From the NCBI GenBank assembly GCA_011525685.1, contig WYBW01000168.1, positions 25,859-89,858 of the forward strand: a stretch of DNA of 64,000 nt. Reading direction: 5' to 3'. Below, one piece after another: positions 54,027 to 64,000 of this stretch; the first letter of the stretch is position 1; every line of letters begins with the position of its first letter. A model generated the notes under the pieces. That model saw only the letters and a list, made by a program, of their open reading frames with translations, was not told the origin of the DNA and ran no database searches. The translations under genes were made by a program, and so were the position numbers. Source of the stretch: Verrucomicrobiia bacterium (GTDB lineage Bacteria; Verrucomicrobiota; Verrucomicrobiia; Limisphaerales; JADLHS01).

Positions 54027-56777
54027 TTACTTCTTTTTCGCCTTCTTGGCGGCTTCCTCTTCCAACGCGGCTTGCGCGGCGGCCAAACGCGCCACCGGCA
54101 CGCGGAAGGGGGAACAGCTCACGTAGGTCAAGCCGATCTTGTGGCAGAACTTCACCGAGTCCGGATCGCCGCCGTGTTCGCCGCAGATGCCCAGCTTGAT
54201 GTCCGGGCGGGTGCTTTGACCCTTTTCCACGGCGATTCTCATCAACTGGCCCACGCCCGTCTGATCAATCGAGGCGAAGGGATTCTTCTTCACGATTTCC
54301 ATCTCGGTGTAAGCCGGCAGGAAGCTGCCCGAATCGTCGCGGCTCATCCCGAGCGCGGTCTGGGTGAGGTCATTGGTCCCGAAACTGAAGAACTCGGCCG
54401 TCTGCGCAATCTCATCGGCGGTAAGCGCGCCGCGCGGGACTTCGATCATCGTGCCGACCAGGTAATTCAATTTCACCTTCTGCTCGGCCATGACTTCCTT
54501 CGCCACGCGATGGACCAGTTCGGTCTGAAGGTCCAATTCCCTCTTGAAGCCGACCAGCGGGATCATGATTTCCGGTTTCACCTTGATGCCAGCCTTTTGG
54601 ACCTCGGCCGCCGCCTCGAACACGGCGCGCGCCTGCATCTCGCTGATTTCCGGATAGACCAGGCCCAGGCGGCAGCCGCGGAAGCCGAGCATGGGGTTGA
54701 ACTCGTGCAGTTCCTTCACACGCTGACAGATCTTGTCCACGGACACCCCCAGCTTTTCCGCCAGCTTGTTCTGCGAGGCATGATCGTGCGGCAGGAACTC
54801 GTGCAACGGCGGGTCCAGGAAACGAATCGTGGCCGGATAACCTCGCAACGCTTTGAAGATGCCCGCGAAGTCGTCCTTCTGGTAGGGCAGAATCTTCGCC
54901 AGCGCCTTCTTCCTGTCCTCGACATTGTCGGCCAGAATCATCTCCCGCATCGCGTCAATGCGGTCGCCCTCGAAGAACATGTGTTCGGTGCGGCACAGGC
55001 CGATGCCCGTCGCGCCAAACGCGATGGCGTTCTCGGTCTGCTCCGGCGTGTCGGCGTTGGTGCGCACCTGGAGTCGGGTGACCTTGTTGCACCAGTCCAT
55101 GAGGGTCTTGAACATCTTGAACGTCTCACTGGACTTGCCATCCAAAGACTTCTCGACAAGCACCTGAACGATTTCCGACGCGGCGGTTTTGATTTCGCCC
55201 GGATAAACGTGGCCGGCGGTGCCGTTGATGGAGATGAAATCCCCCTCCTTCCAGGTCTGGCCGCCAACCGTCATCGTCTTGGCCGTGTAATCAATCTGCA
55301 ACGCGCCGGCGCCGCAGACGCAGACTTTGCCCATTTGTCGGGCCACCAGCGCCGCGTGCGAACTCACGCCTCCCTTGGCCGTCAGAATGCCTTCGGCGGC
55401 GATCATGCCGCGCAGGTCTTCGGGTGTAGTCTCGTTGCGAACGAGCAGCACCTTCTCGCCCTTGGCGGCCGCCGCTGCGGCGCGGTCCGCGTTGAGATAC
55501 ATCTTGCCCGAGGCCGCGCCCGGGCCGGCCGGCAAACCTTTGGCGATGAGTTGGGCCGCTTTCTCGGCCTTCTGATCGAAGATGGGCGCGAGCAGTTGAT
55601 CGAGTTGGTCCGCCGGGTTGCGGCGGATGGCCGTCTTCCAGTCAATGAGCTTCTCCCGGGTCATGTCCATGGAGAACTTGAGCGCCGCGAACGCCGTGCG
55701 TTTGCCGTTGCGCGTCTGGAGCATGAAGACCTTGCCGTCCTGGATGGTGAACTCGAAGTCCTGCACGTCCTTGAAGTGCTTCTCCAAGGTCTTGCGGATG
55801 TTATCGAGTTCCTTGTAGGCGGCGGGCATCTCGTTGGCCAACTGCGCGACCGGTTCCGGCGTGCGCACCCCGGCCACGACGTCTTCGCCCTGGGCGTTGA
55901 TCAGAAATTCGCCGTAGAACTCCTTCACCCCGTTGGCCGGATTGCGCGTGAACGCCACGCCCGAGCCGGAGGTTTCGCCCGTGTTGCCATAAACCATCGC
56001 CTGCACGTTCACCGCCGTGCCCCATTCGGAGGGGATGTTGTACTTGCGGCGATAAACGATTGCGCGGTCGTTCATCCACGAACCGAACACGGCGCCCACC
56101 GCGCCCCACAATTGCTTCCACGGATCCTGCGGGAATTCCTGGCCACCGGTGCGTTCCTTGATGAGCGCCTGGAAACGTTTGACGATTTCCTTCTGGTCGT
56201 CGGCGGTGAGTTTCGAGTCCTCAATGTCCCCGTGATACTTCTCGTGCTTGAAGCCGTGAATCACGACCTCGAACGGCTCATGATCCTCGTTGGGGCGCTT
56301 CTGCACGCCCATCACCACGTCCCCATACATCTGCACAAAGCGGCGATAGCAATCCCAGGCGAAACGCTCGTTGTTGGTGGCCTTGACCAGGGCGAGCACC
56401 GTCTGGTCATTGAGACCGAGGTTGAGAATCGTGTCCATCATCCCGGGCATCGAGTCGCGCGCGCCGGAACGCACCGAGACCAGCAACGGCATCGCGCTCT
56501 TGTCGCCGAATTTTGTCCCCATGATCTTTTCGATGAACGCCACCCCGGCCTTCACCTGGGGATCGAGCTCCTTGGGATACGACTTCTTGTGCTCGTAGTA
56601 GTAGGTGCAAACCTCGGTGGTGATGGTGAAGCCCGGAGGCACGGGCAACCCAATGCGACTCATCTCCGCGAGATTCGCGCCCTTGCCGCCCAGCAACGGT
56701 TTCATCGAGCCGTCGCCGTCGGCCTTCTTGTTGCCGAACACGTACACGTATTTCTTCGATTTCGATGTCTTAGCCAT
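54027..56777 (-). CDS. ppdK: Pyruvate, phosphate dikinase
   Basis: 916 aa; N-terminal [23 protein letters not shown], phosphohistidine region [22 protein letters not shown]-terminal PEP-utilising TIM barrel (CRTEHMFF..). Confidence 0.9.
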   Translation of the reverse strand: MAKTSKSKKYVYVFGNKKADGDGSMKPLLGGKGANLAEMSRIGLPVPPGFTITTEVCTYYYEHKKSYPKELDPQVKAGVAFIEKIMGTKFGDKSAMPLLVSVRSGARDSMPGMMDTILNLGLNDQTVLALVKATNNERFAWDCYRRFVQMYGDVVMGVQKRPNEDHEPFEVVIHGFKHEKYHGDIEDSKLTADDQKEIVKRFQALIKERTGGQEFPQDPWKQLWGAVGAVFGSWMNDRAIVYRRKYNIPSEWGTAVNVQAMVYGNTGETSGSGVAFTRNPANGVKEFYGEFLINAQGEDVVAGVRTPEPVAQLANEMPAAYKELDNIRKTLEKHFKDVQDFEFTIQDGKVFMLQTRNGKRTAFAALKFSMDMTREKLIDWKTAIRRNPADQLDQLLAPIFDQKAEKAAQLIAKGLPAGPGAASGKMYLNADRAAAAAAKGEKVLLVRNETTPEDLRGMIAAEGILTAKGGVSSHAALVARQMGKVCVCGAGALQIDYTAKTMTVGGQTWKEGDFISINGTAGHVYPGEIKTAASEIVQVLVEKSLDGKSSETFKMFKTLMDWCNKVTRLQVRTNADTPEQTENAIAFGATGIGLCRTEHMFFEGDRIDAMREMILADNVEDRKKALAKILPYQKDDFAGIFKALRGYPATIRFLDPPLHEFLPHDHASQNKLAEKLGVSVDKICQRVKELHEFNPMLGFRGCRLGLVYPEISEMQARAVFEAAAEVQKAGIKVKPEIMIPLVGFKRELDLQTELVHRVAKEVMAEQKVKLNYLVGTMIEVPRGALTADEIAQTAEFFSFGTNDLTQTALGMSRDDSGSFLPAYTEMEIVKKNPFASIDQTGVGQLMRIAVEKGQSTRPDIKLGICGEHGGDPDSVKFCHKIGLTYVSCSPFRVPVARLAAAQAALEEEAAKKAKKK

Positions 56778-57064
56778 AATTGTCCTGTTAAATCACTCGT
56801 GGTTAACCCGACGATTTCGTTGGAAGAAACTCCACTGAAACGGCGGCGAATCTAACAGAGGCGACCCCGCTGTCAACGAATCCCGCGCCACTTGGCCGCA
56901 AAATGCCAAATTGCGCTGCATCAATGGCAAAAAGTGGTGGGGGTGGGGAGGCAACACCCACTCTTGGCCGGTTCCGCCGCGGATAAGCGCAGAACACCTC
57001 ACATCACAACCACTCTGGAGACGGAGAGCTGTCGGCACAGTTGGGAGACAGCGCCTGCTGCCGC

Positions 57065-58258
57065 TCAACCAGCGAACAGCTTCCGCAGGGTTTCAGCGAC
57101 GAGGATGCCCAGAAACGTTCCGATGACGTAACCCCAGATGCCAGCCAGCAGCGCCGGCAACACCAGGTTCGACCAGCCGCGCGAGATGGCCATGGCCGCC
57201 GCGGAGGGCGGACCACCCAGGGTCGCGTTCACGCTGAGGAGCAGTTCCTCGAGATTCACCCGCAGCAGCCTGCCGACCGCCAGCGTGAACGCGAGATTTA
57301 CCAACGCCATCACCAGGCAGAAGGAAAACAACACCGGCACGTTTCTCACCACTTCCACCAGGTCCGCCCGCAGGCCAATGACGAAGAAAAACAGGTAAAG
57401 CAGATACATGCCGAGGTCTTCGGCGCCCTGAATCTTTTCCATGCGCCGATGAAAGATCGTGGTGGCCGCCACCGTCAGGAACGTGATCCAGACGTAGCGG
57501 TTCGTGAACACCGATTGGAGGATCCTTGATTCGATGCCGGCCTTCAGCGCGCTGGCGATCATGGTTGCCAAGCCGGCCACCGCGAAGGCGATGGCCACGG
57601 CTTTCGCGATGTCGAGCAGCGAGATTTCCTTGGGCCGCCAGTGCCTCGCGGCCAGCGCGGCCACGTCCTCCCGGTCGCCCTGCAACGAATGGGGATGCGG
57701 GTAATGCCGCCGGAAGAATCTGCTTCCGGCCATGATCAGCAAGGCGGCGAACATGCCGGCCATGATGAAGTTGTCCGCCACCAGCAGCGGATTGGTGAGG
57801 TTCTCGCTGATGTTGTATGAATCCTTGATGGCGACGAAATTGACCGCGCCGCCGGTGTAACTTCCCGTCATGATGCCGGCGACCTCCGGGACGTGCTGGA
57901 AGTCACCGCGGAAAATCAGCGCCGCGAAGAACGCGCCGAGCACGGTGCCGGTCGCGGCAATGTGAAAGGCCAGCAGCATCGGCCCCGCTTCGCGCAAAAT
58001 GCGGGCGAGGTTGGCCCGGAACAGCAACAGTGGGATCGCGACCGGCACGAGGTAGTCATCCACGACGTCGTAAGCCGGGGCACTTGCGGGCATGATCCTG
58101 AGATTGGACAGGAACATGCCGATGAGGAGAGCGAGCACGGGCCCGCTGATCCTGGCCGCCCATCCGCGGGTTTGTTCCAGGTAAATGCAAAGGGCCGTTC
58201 CCACTGCGATGAGCGCCCACACGGGCCACACGTTGTCCGGAGAGATCAGATTGGTCAT
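57065..58258 (-). CDS. Polytopic membrane protein (DUF819-like), 397 aa
   Basis: Start MTNLISPDNVWPVWALIAVG.. at 58258; the ORF-track upstream extension to 58894 is Arg/Gly-rich shadow sequence. About 10 TM helices, composition matching DUF819-type membrane proteins. Confidence 0.7.
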   Translation of the reverse strand: MTNLISPDNVWPVWALIAVGTALCIYLEQTRGWAARISGPVLALLIGMFLSNLRIMPASAPAYDVVDDYLVPVAIPLLLFRANLARILREAGPMLLAFHIAATGTVLGAFFAALIFRGDFQHVPEVAGIMTGSYTGGAVNFVAIKDSYNISENLTNPLLVADNFIMAGMFAALLIMAGSRFFRRHYPHPHSLQGDREDVAALAARHWRPKEISLLDIAKAVAIAFAVAGLATMIASALKAGIESRILQSVFTNRYVWITFLTVAATTIFHRRMEKIQGAEDLGMYLLYLFFFVIGLRADLVEVVRNVPVLFSFCLVMALVNLAFTLAVGRLLRVNLEELLLSVNATLGGPPSAAAMAISRGWSNLVLPALLAGIWGYVIGTFLGILVAETLRKLFAG

Positions 58259-58293
58259 CGGGTTCAGTGCAGCTTGACAGGTTCGATGTGGCT

Positions 58294-60420
58294 CTACTTG
58301 TAAAGCCGTTCGAGTCTCACCGGTTGATCGAACCGTTGGCCCACCACATTGCGATAAGCCGCCTCGTCCAGTTCGACCGTGGCTTCCTTGTCCTGCGAGG
58401 AAATCTCGGCCACGATGACGTGCGCCGAATGTAATCCGCCCGTCCACCAGCGGGCGTCGGTGACGTACACCAGGTCGCCGGCGTGGGCGTCCAGTTCGCG
58501 GGCCACGGACGGCGAAATCCGGATGCCCGTCAGTTCGGCGGTGCCAAAATGTGGCAGTTGCCCGTCCAGCCTGCGCGGATGTGCCATCGCCTTCGTCACC
58601 TGACTCTCGCGTCCGGGCGAACCTTTGTAGTGGCGCAACGCGTCGCTGATCGTGCCCCAGACCAGCCCGCGTTGTTTCTCCAATGGCTCGGGCCGGGTCA
58701 GCACCGTGACCACGACTCCGATCAGCGCGCACAACACCGCGCCGTAGCAGGCGCGCATGAATTGCTGCTCGCGCATCCCGGCCAGGAAATCCCACGCGGT
58801 GTTCCCGCCCGGAACCCCGTGGGCAAAGGGAATGATCACCGCTGGGAACAACATGGACACTCCCATGAGCACCAGCCCGCCAATCAAAGTCCACAGCGCC
58901 GCCATGCGCGTGAACCGTCGCCAGAACACCGCCAGCAACAGGGTCACCACCATGGGCGGCGTCACCGCCGCCGTGAAGGCGGCATGCGCGACGTAGATGG
59001 ATTTGAATTGCATGAACACCGGCACCATCAGCACGCCAATGGCCGTCACCGAAAGCGCCGTGATGCGGGCCGCGCGGAGCAGTTGTTTGTCCGTCGCTTG
59101 CGGGCGAAGGTACTGGCGGTAAACATCGTTCACGGTCACGGCCGAAATCGCGGTGATCAACGTATCCACGGTGGACATGAGAGCCGCCGTCATGGCGGCG
59201 AGGATCAACCCGAAGATGCCCGGATGACTGAGCAGTTCGGCCGCGATGAAGAAGGCCTCTCGCGCTGGCACTTCCGGCAGGATGCCGGCGTGGGTGAAAG
59301 CGCGGGCGACCAATCCGCCGGAGGACACCACCAGCGCGCCGATGAACATCAATCCCACCATCAACACCGTGGTCGCCTTCCGGCTTTCGTCCAGCGACTT
59401 GGCCGCCATGAACCGCATGATGATGCCCTGGTTCAGAAAATAAAACATGGCCGAATTGGCGAACGCATCCTGCCAGAAAATGCCGACCGCCGGAAACTCC
59501 GGGTCTTCGTTGAAGTTGGGAAACGCCAGCCGCGCCGCCCGTGGCAGGTTCAGCCAGAGCAGGTCAAAGCCTCCGATGTAGGACGCACCCAGCACGAAGA
59601 TCAACAACCCCACCAGCAGCAGAAACACGCCGTTGATCAGATCGTTCATGATCACGCTGCTTTGTCCGCCAAACGTCACGTAGGAGGCGGAGATCATCGC
59701 GACGACCATCGCCGCCAGCCAGATCGGCCAGCCCACCAGGATGTTCACCACCACGCCCATCGTGTAAAGATTCACCCCCACATAGCCGATCAGATAGATC
59801 AGCAGGTAAATGGTGGACCACAGCCGCACCCGCCGGTCGAAGCGCCGGCCGAAGTATTCCGGCACGGAGATGATGCGCGAAAAATAAAGGATGGGCAGCC
59901 AGCCGAAGACCAGCAGCGGAAACCAGATCCAGTCGTTCCAATACGCCTGGCTTGATCCCAGCCCGTACTTGTAGCCGATCTCGCTGTATTTGACGAAACT
60001 GTAGGAACCAATGGTCGTGGCAATCAGGCTGATGGCGATGAGCCACCAGGCAAACCGCTGACCGCCAAAGAAAAAATCCCTGGTCGTCTTTTGCCGGCGG
60101 CCGAAATACATGCCGTTGAAAAGAATCAGTCCGAAATAAACGACGACGATCACGTAATCCAGCGTCGTGCCGCGAATGTGGCCCACGTCCTTGAGTACGC
60201 CTTCAGCGCCGCCGGCATATTCCTTGGCCGGCGCGGCGGACATCGGCGCGTATTGCAGCCAGCCTTGCAGGAGGGCAAAGAACATCAGCACGCCCAGACT
60301 CAACAGCAGATTCCGGAGTTTGCGTCCCGAGAAACCCACGTAATCGTGCTTCACGGCGAAATACATGCCGACGAGAAAAAACGCTCCCCCGACCAGGTAG
60401 GTGTAGAAATAGGCGTCCAT
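58294..60420 (-). CDS. Sodium:solute symporter family transporter with about 150-aa C-terminal cytoplasmic extension
   Basis: 13 predicted TM, SSF-like core (..WWLIAISLIATTIGSYSF.., ..SVPEYFGRRF..), extension ..LRHYKGSPGRESQVT...LVYVTDARWWTGGLHSAHVIVAEISSQDKE... Start M at 60420. Confidence 0.8.
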   Translation of the reverse strand: MDAYFYTYLVGGAFFLVGMYFAVKHDYVGFSGRKLRNLLLSLGVLMFFALLQGWLQYAPMSAAPAKEYAGGAEGVLKDVGHIRGTTLDYVIVVVYFGLILFNGMYFGRRQKTTRDFFFGGQRFAWWLIAISLIATTIGSYSFVKYSEIGYKYGLGSSQAYWNDWIWFPLLVFGWLPILYFSRIISVPEYFGRRFDRRVRLWSTIYLLIYLIGYVGVNLYTMGVVVNILVGWPIWLAAMVVAMISASYVTFGGQSSVIMNDLINGVFLLLVGLLIFVLGASYIGGFDLLWLNLPRAARLAFPNFNEDPEFPAVGIFWQDAFANSAMFYFLNQGIIMRFMAAKSLDESRKATTVLMVGLMFIGALVVSSGGLVARAFTHAGILPEVPAREAFFIAAELLSHPGIFGLILAAMTAALMSTVDTLITAISAVTVNDVYRQYLRPQATDKQLLRAARITALSVTAIGVLMVPVFMQFKSIYVAHAAFTAAVTPPMVVTLLLAVFWRRFTRMAALWTLIGGLVLMGVSMLFPAVIIPFAHGVPGGNTAWDFLAGMREQQFMRACYGAVLCALIGVVVTVLTRPEPLEKQRGLVWGTISDALRHYKGSPGRESQVTKAMAHPRRLDGQLPHFGTAELTGIRISPSVARELDAHAGDLVYVTDARWWTGGLHSAHVIVAEISSQDKEATVELDEAAYRNVVGQRFDQPVRLERLYK

Positions 60421-60582
60421 GATCAAACTGGGCGCCGGCCATTGAAGCGGGGACCGGGGCAAAAGCCAATCCCCGATGTGGGCGGGAACGGCCCTCGTGC
60501 CTGCCACGCCGCCGCCCGGCGGTGAGGAGCGCAAACGGACCTCGACGTTGAGGCGTTTTGCTTCTCTGTACTGCGATCTCTC

Positions 60583-63180
60583 TTACTTCACTTTGAACAC
60601 CAGATCGTCTCCGCTCGCGCTGACTTTGATCTTCTCCCCCGGCTTGAAGTCTCCGGCCAGCAACTTCGTGGCGAGCGGATCGAGCAGGTGCTCCTGAATC
60701 GCGCGCTTGAGCGGCCGCGCGCCGAATTGCGGATCGAAACCCTCTTTGGCGAGCAGGGCCTTTGCGGCCTTGTCCACCTCCAGGGCCAGTTGCTGCGGCG
60801 CCAGCCGTTTGCCGAGCCGTTCCAATTGGAGGTCCACGATGCGCGCCAGTTCCGCCTCGCGCAGACTGTGGAAGATGATGATGTCGTCCACGCGGTTCAG
60901 GAACTCCGGCCGGAAGTGCGCCTTCAACTCCAGCCTCACCACCCGTTCCAGTTCCGCCTCGTCCTTCACCGACGCGGCGTCGCCGCCGTAAAACTCCTGG
61001 ATGACCGGCGAGCCGATGTTGCTGGTCATGATGACGATGGAGTTCTTGAAATCCACCGTGCGGCCCTGCCCGTCCGTCAGCCGGCCGTCATCAAGCACCT
61101 GCAACAAGACGTTGAACACGTCGTGATGCGCCTTTTCGATCTCGTCGAACAACACCACGGTGTAGGGCCGCCGCCGCACCGCTTCGCTCAACTGCCCGCC
61201 CTCTTCGTAGCCGACATAACCCGGCGGCGCGCCGATGAGCCGTTGCACGGAGAACTTTTCCATGTACTCGCTCATGTCAATCCGCACCATGGCGTTCTCG
61301 TCGTCGAACAGAAACTCCGCCAGCGCGCGGGCGGTTTCGGTTTTGCCCACGCCGGTCGGCCCGAGAAAAATAAACGAACCGATCGGGCGGTTCGGGTCCT
61401 GCAAACCGCTGCGCGACCGCCGCACCGCGTTGGCCACGGCCCGCACCGCTTCCGCCTGGCCGATGACCCGCTGCTGCAGGCGCTCCTCCATCTTGAGCAG
61501 TTTCTCGCGTTCCCCTTCCAGCATCCGGGACACCGGGATATGCGTCCAGGAAGCCACGACGCGGGCGATGTCCTCGTCCGTCACTTCCTGCCGGAGCAAC
61601 GAACTGCGCGCCGCGTCCGCGGACTGCTTTTCGATGGCGGCCAGCTTCTTCTCCAGTTCGGGAATCTTGCCGTATTGGATTTCCGCCGCCTTGTGCAGAT
61701 CGCCCCGCCGTTGCGCCTGCTCCAGCTCGGTGCGCGCCTGCTCCAACTGCTGCTGGACGATGCTGACCGCGTTGACCGACGCCTTCTCATTCTGCCACTG
61801 CGCGGTGAGCGTCCTTGATTTCTCCTTCAAGTTGGCGAGTTCTTCGTCCAACCGCTTCAGGCGCTCTTTGCTGGCGGGGTCCTTCTCCTTCGCCAGCGAC
61901 GTGCGCTCGATTTCAAGCTGCAAAATCTGCCGGTCCAACTGGTCCAGTTCCGTGGGCTTGGAGTCCAGCTCCATCTTGATGCGTGACGCCGCCTCGTCCA
62001 CCAGATCAATCGCCTTGTCCGGCAGAAACCGGTCCGTGATGTAACGATGCGACAACGTCGCCGCCGCCACCAGCGCCGCGTCCTGGATGCGCACGCCGTG
62101 ATGCACCTCGTAACGTTCCTTCAGCCCGCGCAGAATCGCGACGGTCGCCTCGACGCTCGGCTCGGTCACCATCACCGGCTGGAAGCGCCGCTCCAGCGCC
62201 GGGTCCTTTTCGATGTGCTTGCGATACTCATCCAGCGTCGTCGCGCCCACGCAACGCAGTTCACCCCGCGCCAGTTGCGGCTTCATGATGTTGGCCGCAT
62301 CCGTCGCGCCCTCCGCCGCGCCCGCGCCCACCAGCGTGTGCAACTCGTCAATGAACAATATGATCCGCCCCTCGCTCGCCGCGATCTCCTTCAAGAACGC
62401 CTTGAGCCGGTCCTCGAACTCGCCGCGATATTTCGCCCCGGCAATCATCGCGCTCAGGTCCATGGCCACCAGCCGTTTGTTTTTGAGGGATTCAGGAATG
62501 TCACCGCTCACGATGCGCCGCGCCAGTCCCTCGGCGATGGCGGTCTTGCCCACGCCCGGTTCGCCGATCAGCACGGGATTGTTTTTCGTGCGCCGCGTGA
62601 GCACCTGCATCACCCGGCGGATTTCCTCGTCGCGCCCGATCACGGGATCAATCTTGCCCGCGCGCGCCAGCGCGGTGAGGTCGCGGCCATATTTGTCGAG
62701 CGCCTGGAATTTGCCTTCCGGCGCCTGATCCGTGACCCGTTGATGGCCCCGCAATTCGGCCAGCGCCTTGAGGACCGTGTCGCGCTTCAAGCCGTGCGCT
62801 TTGAGAATCTGTTTCAAGCTGCTGCTGCCGGCATCCAGCAGGCCCAGCAACAGATGTTCCGTGCTGATGTAATCATCCTTGAGCCTGCCCGCCTCCGCTT
62901 GCGCCGCCTCCAGGACCTTCCGGAGCGTCGTGCCGACGTAGGCTTCCGCGGCGCCTTGCACCTTGTGCCGCCGGTTGAGCTCCGTTTCGAGATCGGCTTT
63001 CAGCTTGGCGGTCGCCACGCCAATTTTCTCCAGCAGTTCGGGGATCAAGCTCTCGGTTTGGTCGAGCAGGGCCAGCAGCAAATGCTCGCCATCCAGTTCC
63101 TGGTGCGAGTAACCCTGCGCCACGCGTTGTGCTTCCTGCAACGCCTCCTGCGATTTGATTGTCAGTCGTTCCATTTGCAT
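60583..63180 (-). CDS. clpB: ATP-dependent chaperone ClpB
   Basis: 865 aa; two AAA modules ([19 protein letters not shown]), middle coiled-coil domain, N-terminal Clp_N repeats; strong family-level match. Confidence 0.95.
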   Translation of the reverse strand: MQMERLTIKSQEALQEAQRVAQGYSHQELDGEHLLLALLDQTESLIPELLEKIGVATAKLKADLETELNRRHKVQGAAEAYVGTTLRKVLEAAQAEAGRLKDDYISTEHLLLGLLDAGSSSLKQILKAHGLKRDTVLKALAELRGHQRVTDQAPEGKFQALDKYGRDLTALARAGKIDPVIGRDEEIRRVMQVLTRRTKNNPVLIGEPGVGKTAIAEGLARRIVSGDIPESLKNKRLVAMDLSAMIAGAKYRGEFEDRLKAFLKEIAASEGRIILFIDELHTLVGAGAAEGATDAANIMKPQLARGELRCVGATTLDEYRKHIEKDPALERRFQPVMVTEPSVEATVAILRGLKERYEVHHGVRIQDAALVAAATLSHRYITDRFLPDKAIDLVDEAASRIKMELDSKPTELDQLDRQILQLEIERTSLAKEKDPASKERLKRLDEELANLKEKSRTLTAQWQNEKASVNAVSIVQQQLEQARTELEQAQRRGDLHKAAEIQYGKIPELEKKLAAIEKQSADAARSSLLRQEVTDEDIARVVASWTHIPVSRMLEGEREKLLKMEERLQQRVIGQAEAVRAVANAVRRSRSGLQDPNRPIGSFIFLGPTGVGKTETARALAEFLFDDENAMVRIDMSEYMEKFSVQRLIGAPPGYVGYEEGGQLSEAVRRRPYTVVLFDEIEKAHHDVFNVLLQVLDDGRLTDGQGRTVDFKNSIVIMTSNIGSPVIQEFYGGDAASVKDEAELERVVRLELKAHFRPEFLNRVDDIIIFHSLREAELARIVDLQLERLGKRLAPQQLALEVDKAAKALLAKEGFDPQFGARPLKRAIQEHLLDPLATKLLAGDFKPGEKIKVSASGDDLVFKVK

Positions 63181-63227
63181 ACGTAATCAATGGAATTGAC
63201 CACGCCGCCCGTCAAGCGTTCGACGCC

Positions 63228-63285
63228 CCCTCACCCGGCGAGACGCCACCCTCTCCCCCGACCGGGGGAGAGGGAAGGGTGAGGG
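63228..63285 (-). promoter_or_regulatory. Nested GC-rich stem-loop in the clpB leader region (CCCTCACCC..CCCTCTCCCCC-GACC-GGGGGAGAGGG..GGGTGAGGG)
   Basis: 11-bp perfect inner stem enclosed by a 9-bp outer stem, 45-100 nt upstream of the clpB start codon. No U-tract on either strand, so not a canonical terminator. Confidence 0.35.
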
Positions 63286-63384
63286 GGCTGCGAGCGTTCA
63301 CGGCTGTTCTCAAGAATCTTTTGGCTTGGACAGCCTTTGTCCAACCCCCGCTGTCATGATGCGCTCAAAAGATAGAAAGGCATT

Positions 63385-63591
63385 ATGAACAACCAACAAA
63401 TGGAACTCGGATTCAATGCAACCAAGCTGGCCACTCCGGCCGGGCGGCGGGAACGGCGCATCACCCGTGGCGCGTGGTGGTTTGCCCACATGCGACAGAT
63501 CGTGGACCGCGCCATGGACTGGTCGGCCACCGGCCCGGCGCGACCCGAACAGACCTGGCTGCCCGGCGCCAACCGGCAGGTGAGAGTTTAA
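63385..63591 (+). CDS. Small hypothetical ORF (68 aa) downstream of an AT-rich promoter-like region
   Basis: MNNQQMELGFNATKLATPAGRRERRITRGAWWFAHMRQIVDRAMDW...; only ORF evidence plus AT-rich upstream. Confidence 0.25.
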   Translation: MNNQQMELGFNATKLATPAGRRERRITRGAWWFAHMRQIVDRAMDWSATGPARPEQTWLPGANRQVRV

Positions 63592-63662
63592 CGGAGGTAT
63601 CGCGCGCCGGTTACACCCCACAACACCACCGTAACCGGCGCGCATCGCGCACGCATCGCAAC

Positions 63663-64000
63663 GTGGACGCGCCGTCCAAGCTGGACGAGGAAAAAGCCCG
63701 GGCGCTGGGCGAGAATCTGCCGGAAGGCGCGCGCTTGCGCAGTTTGCGATTGGAAAGTGAAGCGCTCGGCATCGTGGGCGTGATGGATTTGGTGGAGGGC
63801 GGGCCGGATGGCGCGGAGATTGTAGATTACAAGAAAGGCTCGGCCCGCCGCAACAGCGAGGGCGAACGCGAGGCGCGCGAACCGGAGATGATTCAAGTGG
63901 GCGCGTATGCGTTGCTGTTGCAGGAGCACGGCGTGAAGGTTGCCGGCGCGAAAATCTATTACGCCGCCGAGAAACGTCATGTGCCAGTGGAAATCAATGA
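63663..64000 (+). CDS. PD-(D/E)xK nuclease family protein (Cas4/RecB-like fold), 3' partial at window edge
   Basis: Forward frame with no stop from about 63600 to the window end translates to ..LRSLRLESEALGIVGVMDLVEGGPDGAEIVDYKKGSARRN..QVGAYALLLQEHGVKVAGAKIYY.. with motif II (G.MDLVE) and motif III (EIVDYKKG) of PD-(D/E)xK nucleases. Start codon uncertain (GTG about 63663). The opposite-strand ORF 63588..63980 is rejected. Confidence 0.4.
   Translation, partial: MDAPSKLDEEKARALGENLPEGARLRSLRLESEALGIVGVMDLVEGGPDGAEIVDYKKGSARRNSEGEREAREPEMIQVGAYALLLQEHGVKVAGAKIYYAAEKRHVPVEIN

Noticed and set aside
58259-58894. Upstream extension of the DUF819-like ORF to 58894 (609 aa)
   Set aside because: Extension is Arg/Gly/His-rich shadow sequence overlapping the SSF gene 3' end; the membrane protein starts cleanly at MTNLIS (58258).
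54072-63186. Forward ORFs 54072..56855, 58483..59955, 60688..61818, 62047..63186 over ppdK, the SSF transporter and clpB
   Set aside because: Antisense shadows of highly conserved genes (PPDK, ClpB).
63228-63285. GC hairpin upstream of clpB as an intrinsic terminator
   Set aside because: No U/T tract on either strand and no convergent gene end nearby; treated as a leader structure instead.
63588-63980. Reverse ORF of 130 aa at the 3' edge
   Set aside because: The forward frame over the same bases shows PD-(D/E)xK nuclease motifs; the reverse ORF is Ala/Arg-rich without motifs.
1-64000. CRISPR arrays, rRNA, tRNA, prophage/integrase, toxin-antitoxin or restriction-modification modules
   Set aside because: No direct-repeat/spacer arrays, no rRNA-like conserved stretches and no cloverleaf-compatible 70-90-nt intergenic segments were found by eye; tRNA absence cannot be fully excluded without tRNAscan. 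The only mobile-type gene is the RAYT, which is a domesticated transposase.

Overview
High-GC (about 62-65%) chromosomal window, most likely from a Verrucomicrobia- or Planctomycetes-like bacterium. The evidence for that placement is the presence of DUF1501/DUF1800 and PSCyt1-DUF1549-DUF1553/DUF1501 gene pairs, a DUF1559 'H-X9-DG' prepilin-like protein, a PEP-CTERM protein, CotH plus lamin-tail-domain giant proteins, and a general lack of Shine-Dalgarno sequences. Coding density is high; most of the additional six-frame ORFs are GC-driven shadow ORFs on the opposite strand of real genes.

Gene content, left to right:
- 1-13.5 kb: a secreted glycan-utilisation-like cluster. It holds a DUF1800-like/DUF1501 pair, a DNRLRE-like protein, an Ig/CBM protein, a GH16 laminarinase-like hydrolase with a CBM, a HisKA_3 sensor kinase with its NarL-type regulator, and a PEP-CTERM paralog.
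- 14.2-17.4 kb: the heme genes hemC and hemA plus a hemX/ccsA-like gene.
- 17.7-25.4 kb: accD, comF, a CPBP protease, a Ser/Thr kinase, ribD, a DUF1559 protein and a class-III aminotransferase.
- 25.6-30.5 kb: a second DUF1501 pair, this time with a PSD1-type partner.
- 30.9-40.8 kb, the most unusual locus: a flotillin/SPFH protein with a roughly 450-aa charged coiled-coil tail. It is followed by an IS200-like REP-associated tyrosine transposase (RAYT) bracketed by two palindromic REPIN-like elements, each a doublet of GTAGCCCACGGC-N4-GCCGTGGG REP hairpins. Next come a 1931-aa giant protein containing a single MoxR/AAA_5-type ATPase module, long coiled coils and C-terminal tandem repeats, and then a translationally coupled 277-aa partner.
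- 40.9-64 kb: a convergent 2383-aa CotH plus seven lamin-tail-domain repeat protein; a Gfo/Idh/MocA oxidoreductase with a radical SAM partner; lipoproteins; a PQQ-like beta-propeller protein; ppdK; a DUF819-like membrane protein; an SSF transporter; clpB; and a partial PD-(D/E)xK nuclease at the 3' edge.

Non-coding features: a family of three highly structured GTAACGCCG...CGGCGTTAC intergenic repeats around the PEP-CTERM gene, a shared promoter/operator-like motif upstream of two paralogous secreted-protein genes, a nested hairpin in the clpB leader, and a hairpin terminator between the PQQ-like gene and ppdK.

Four secreted proteins share a previously unnoticed C-terminal domain of about 70 aa ending in RFYRVV.

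No rRNA genes, CRISPR arrays or prophage were found, and no tRNA genes were recognised by eye.
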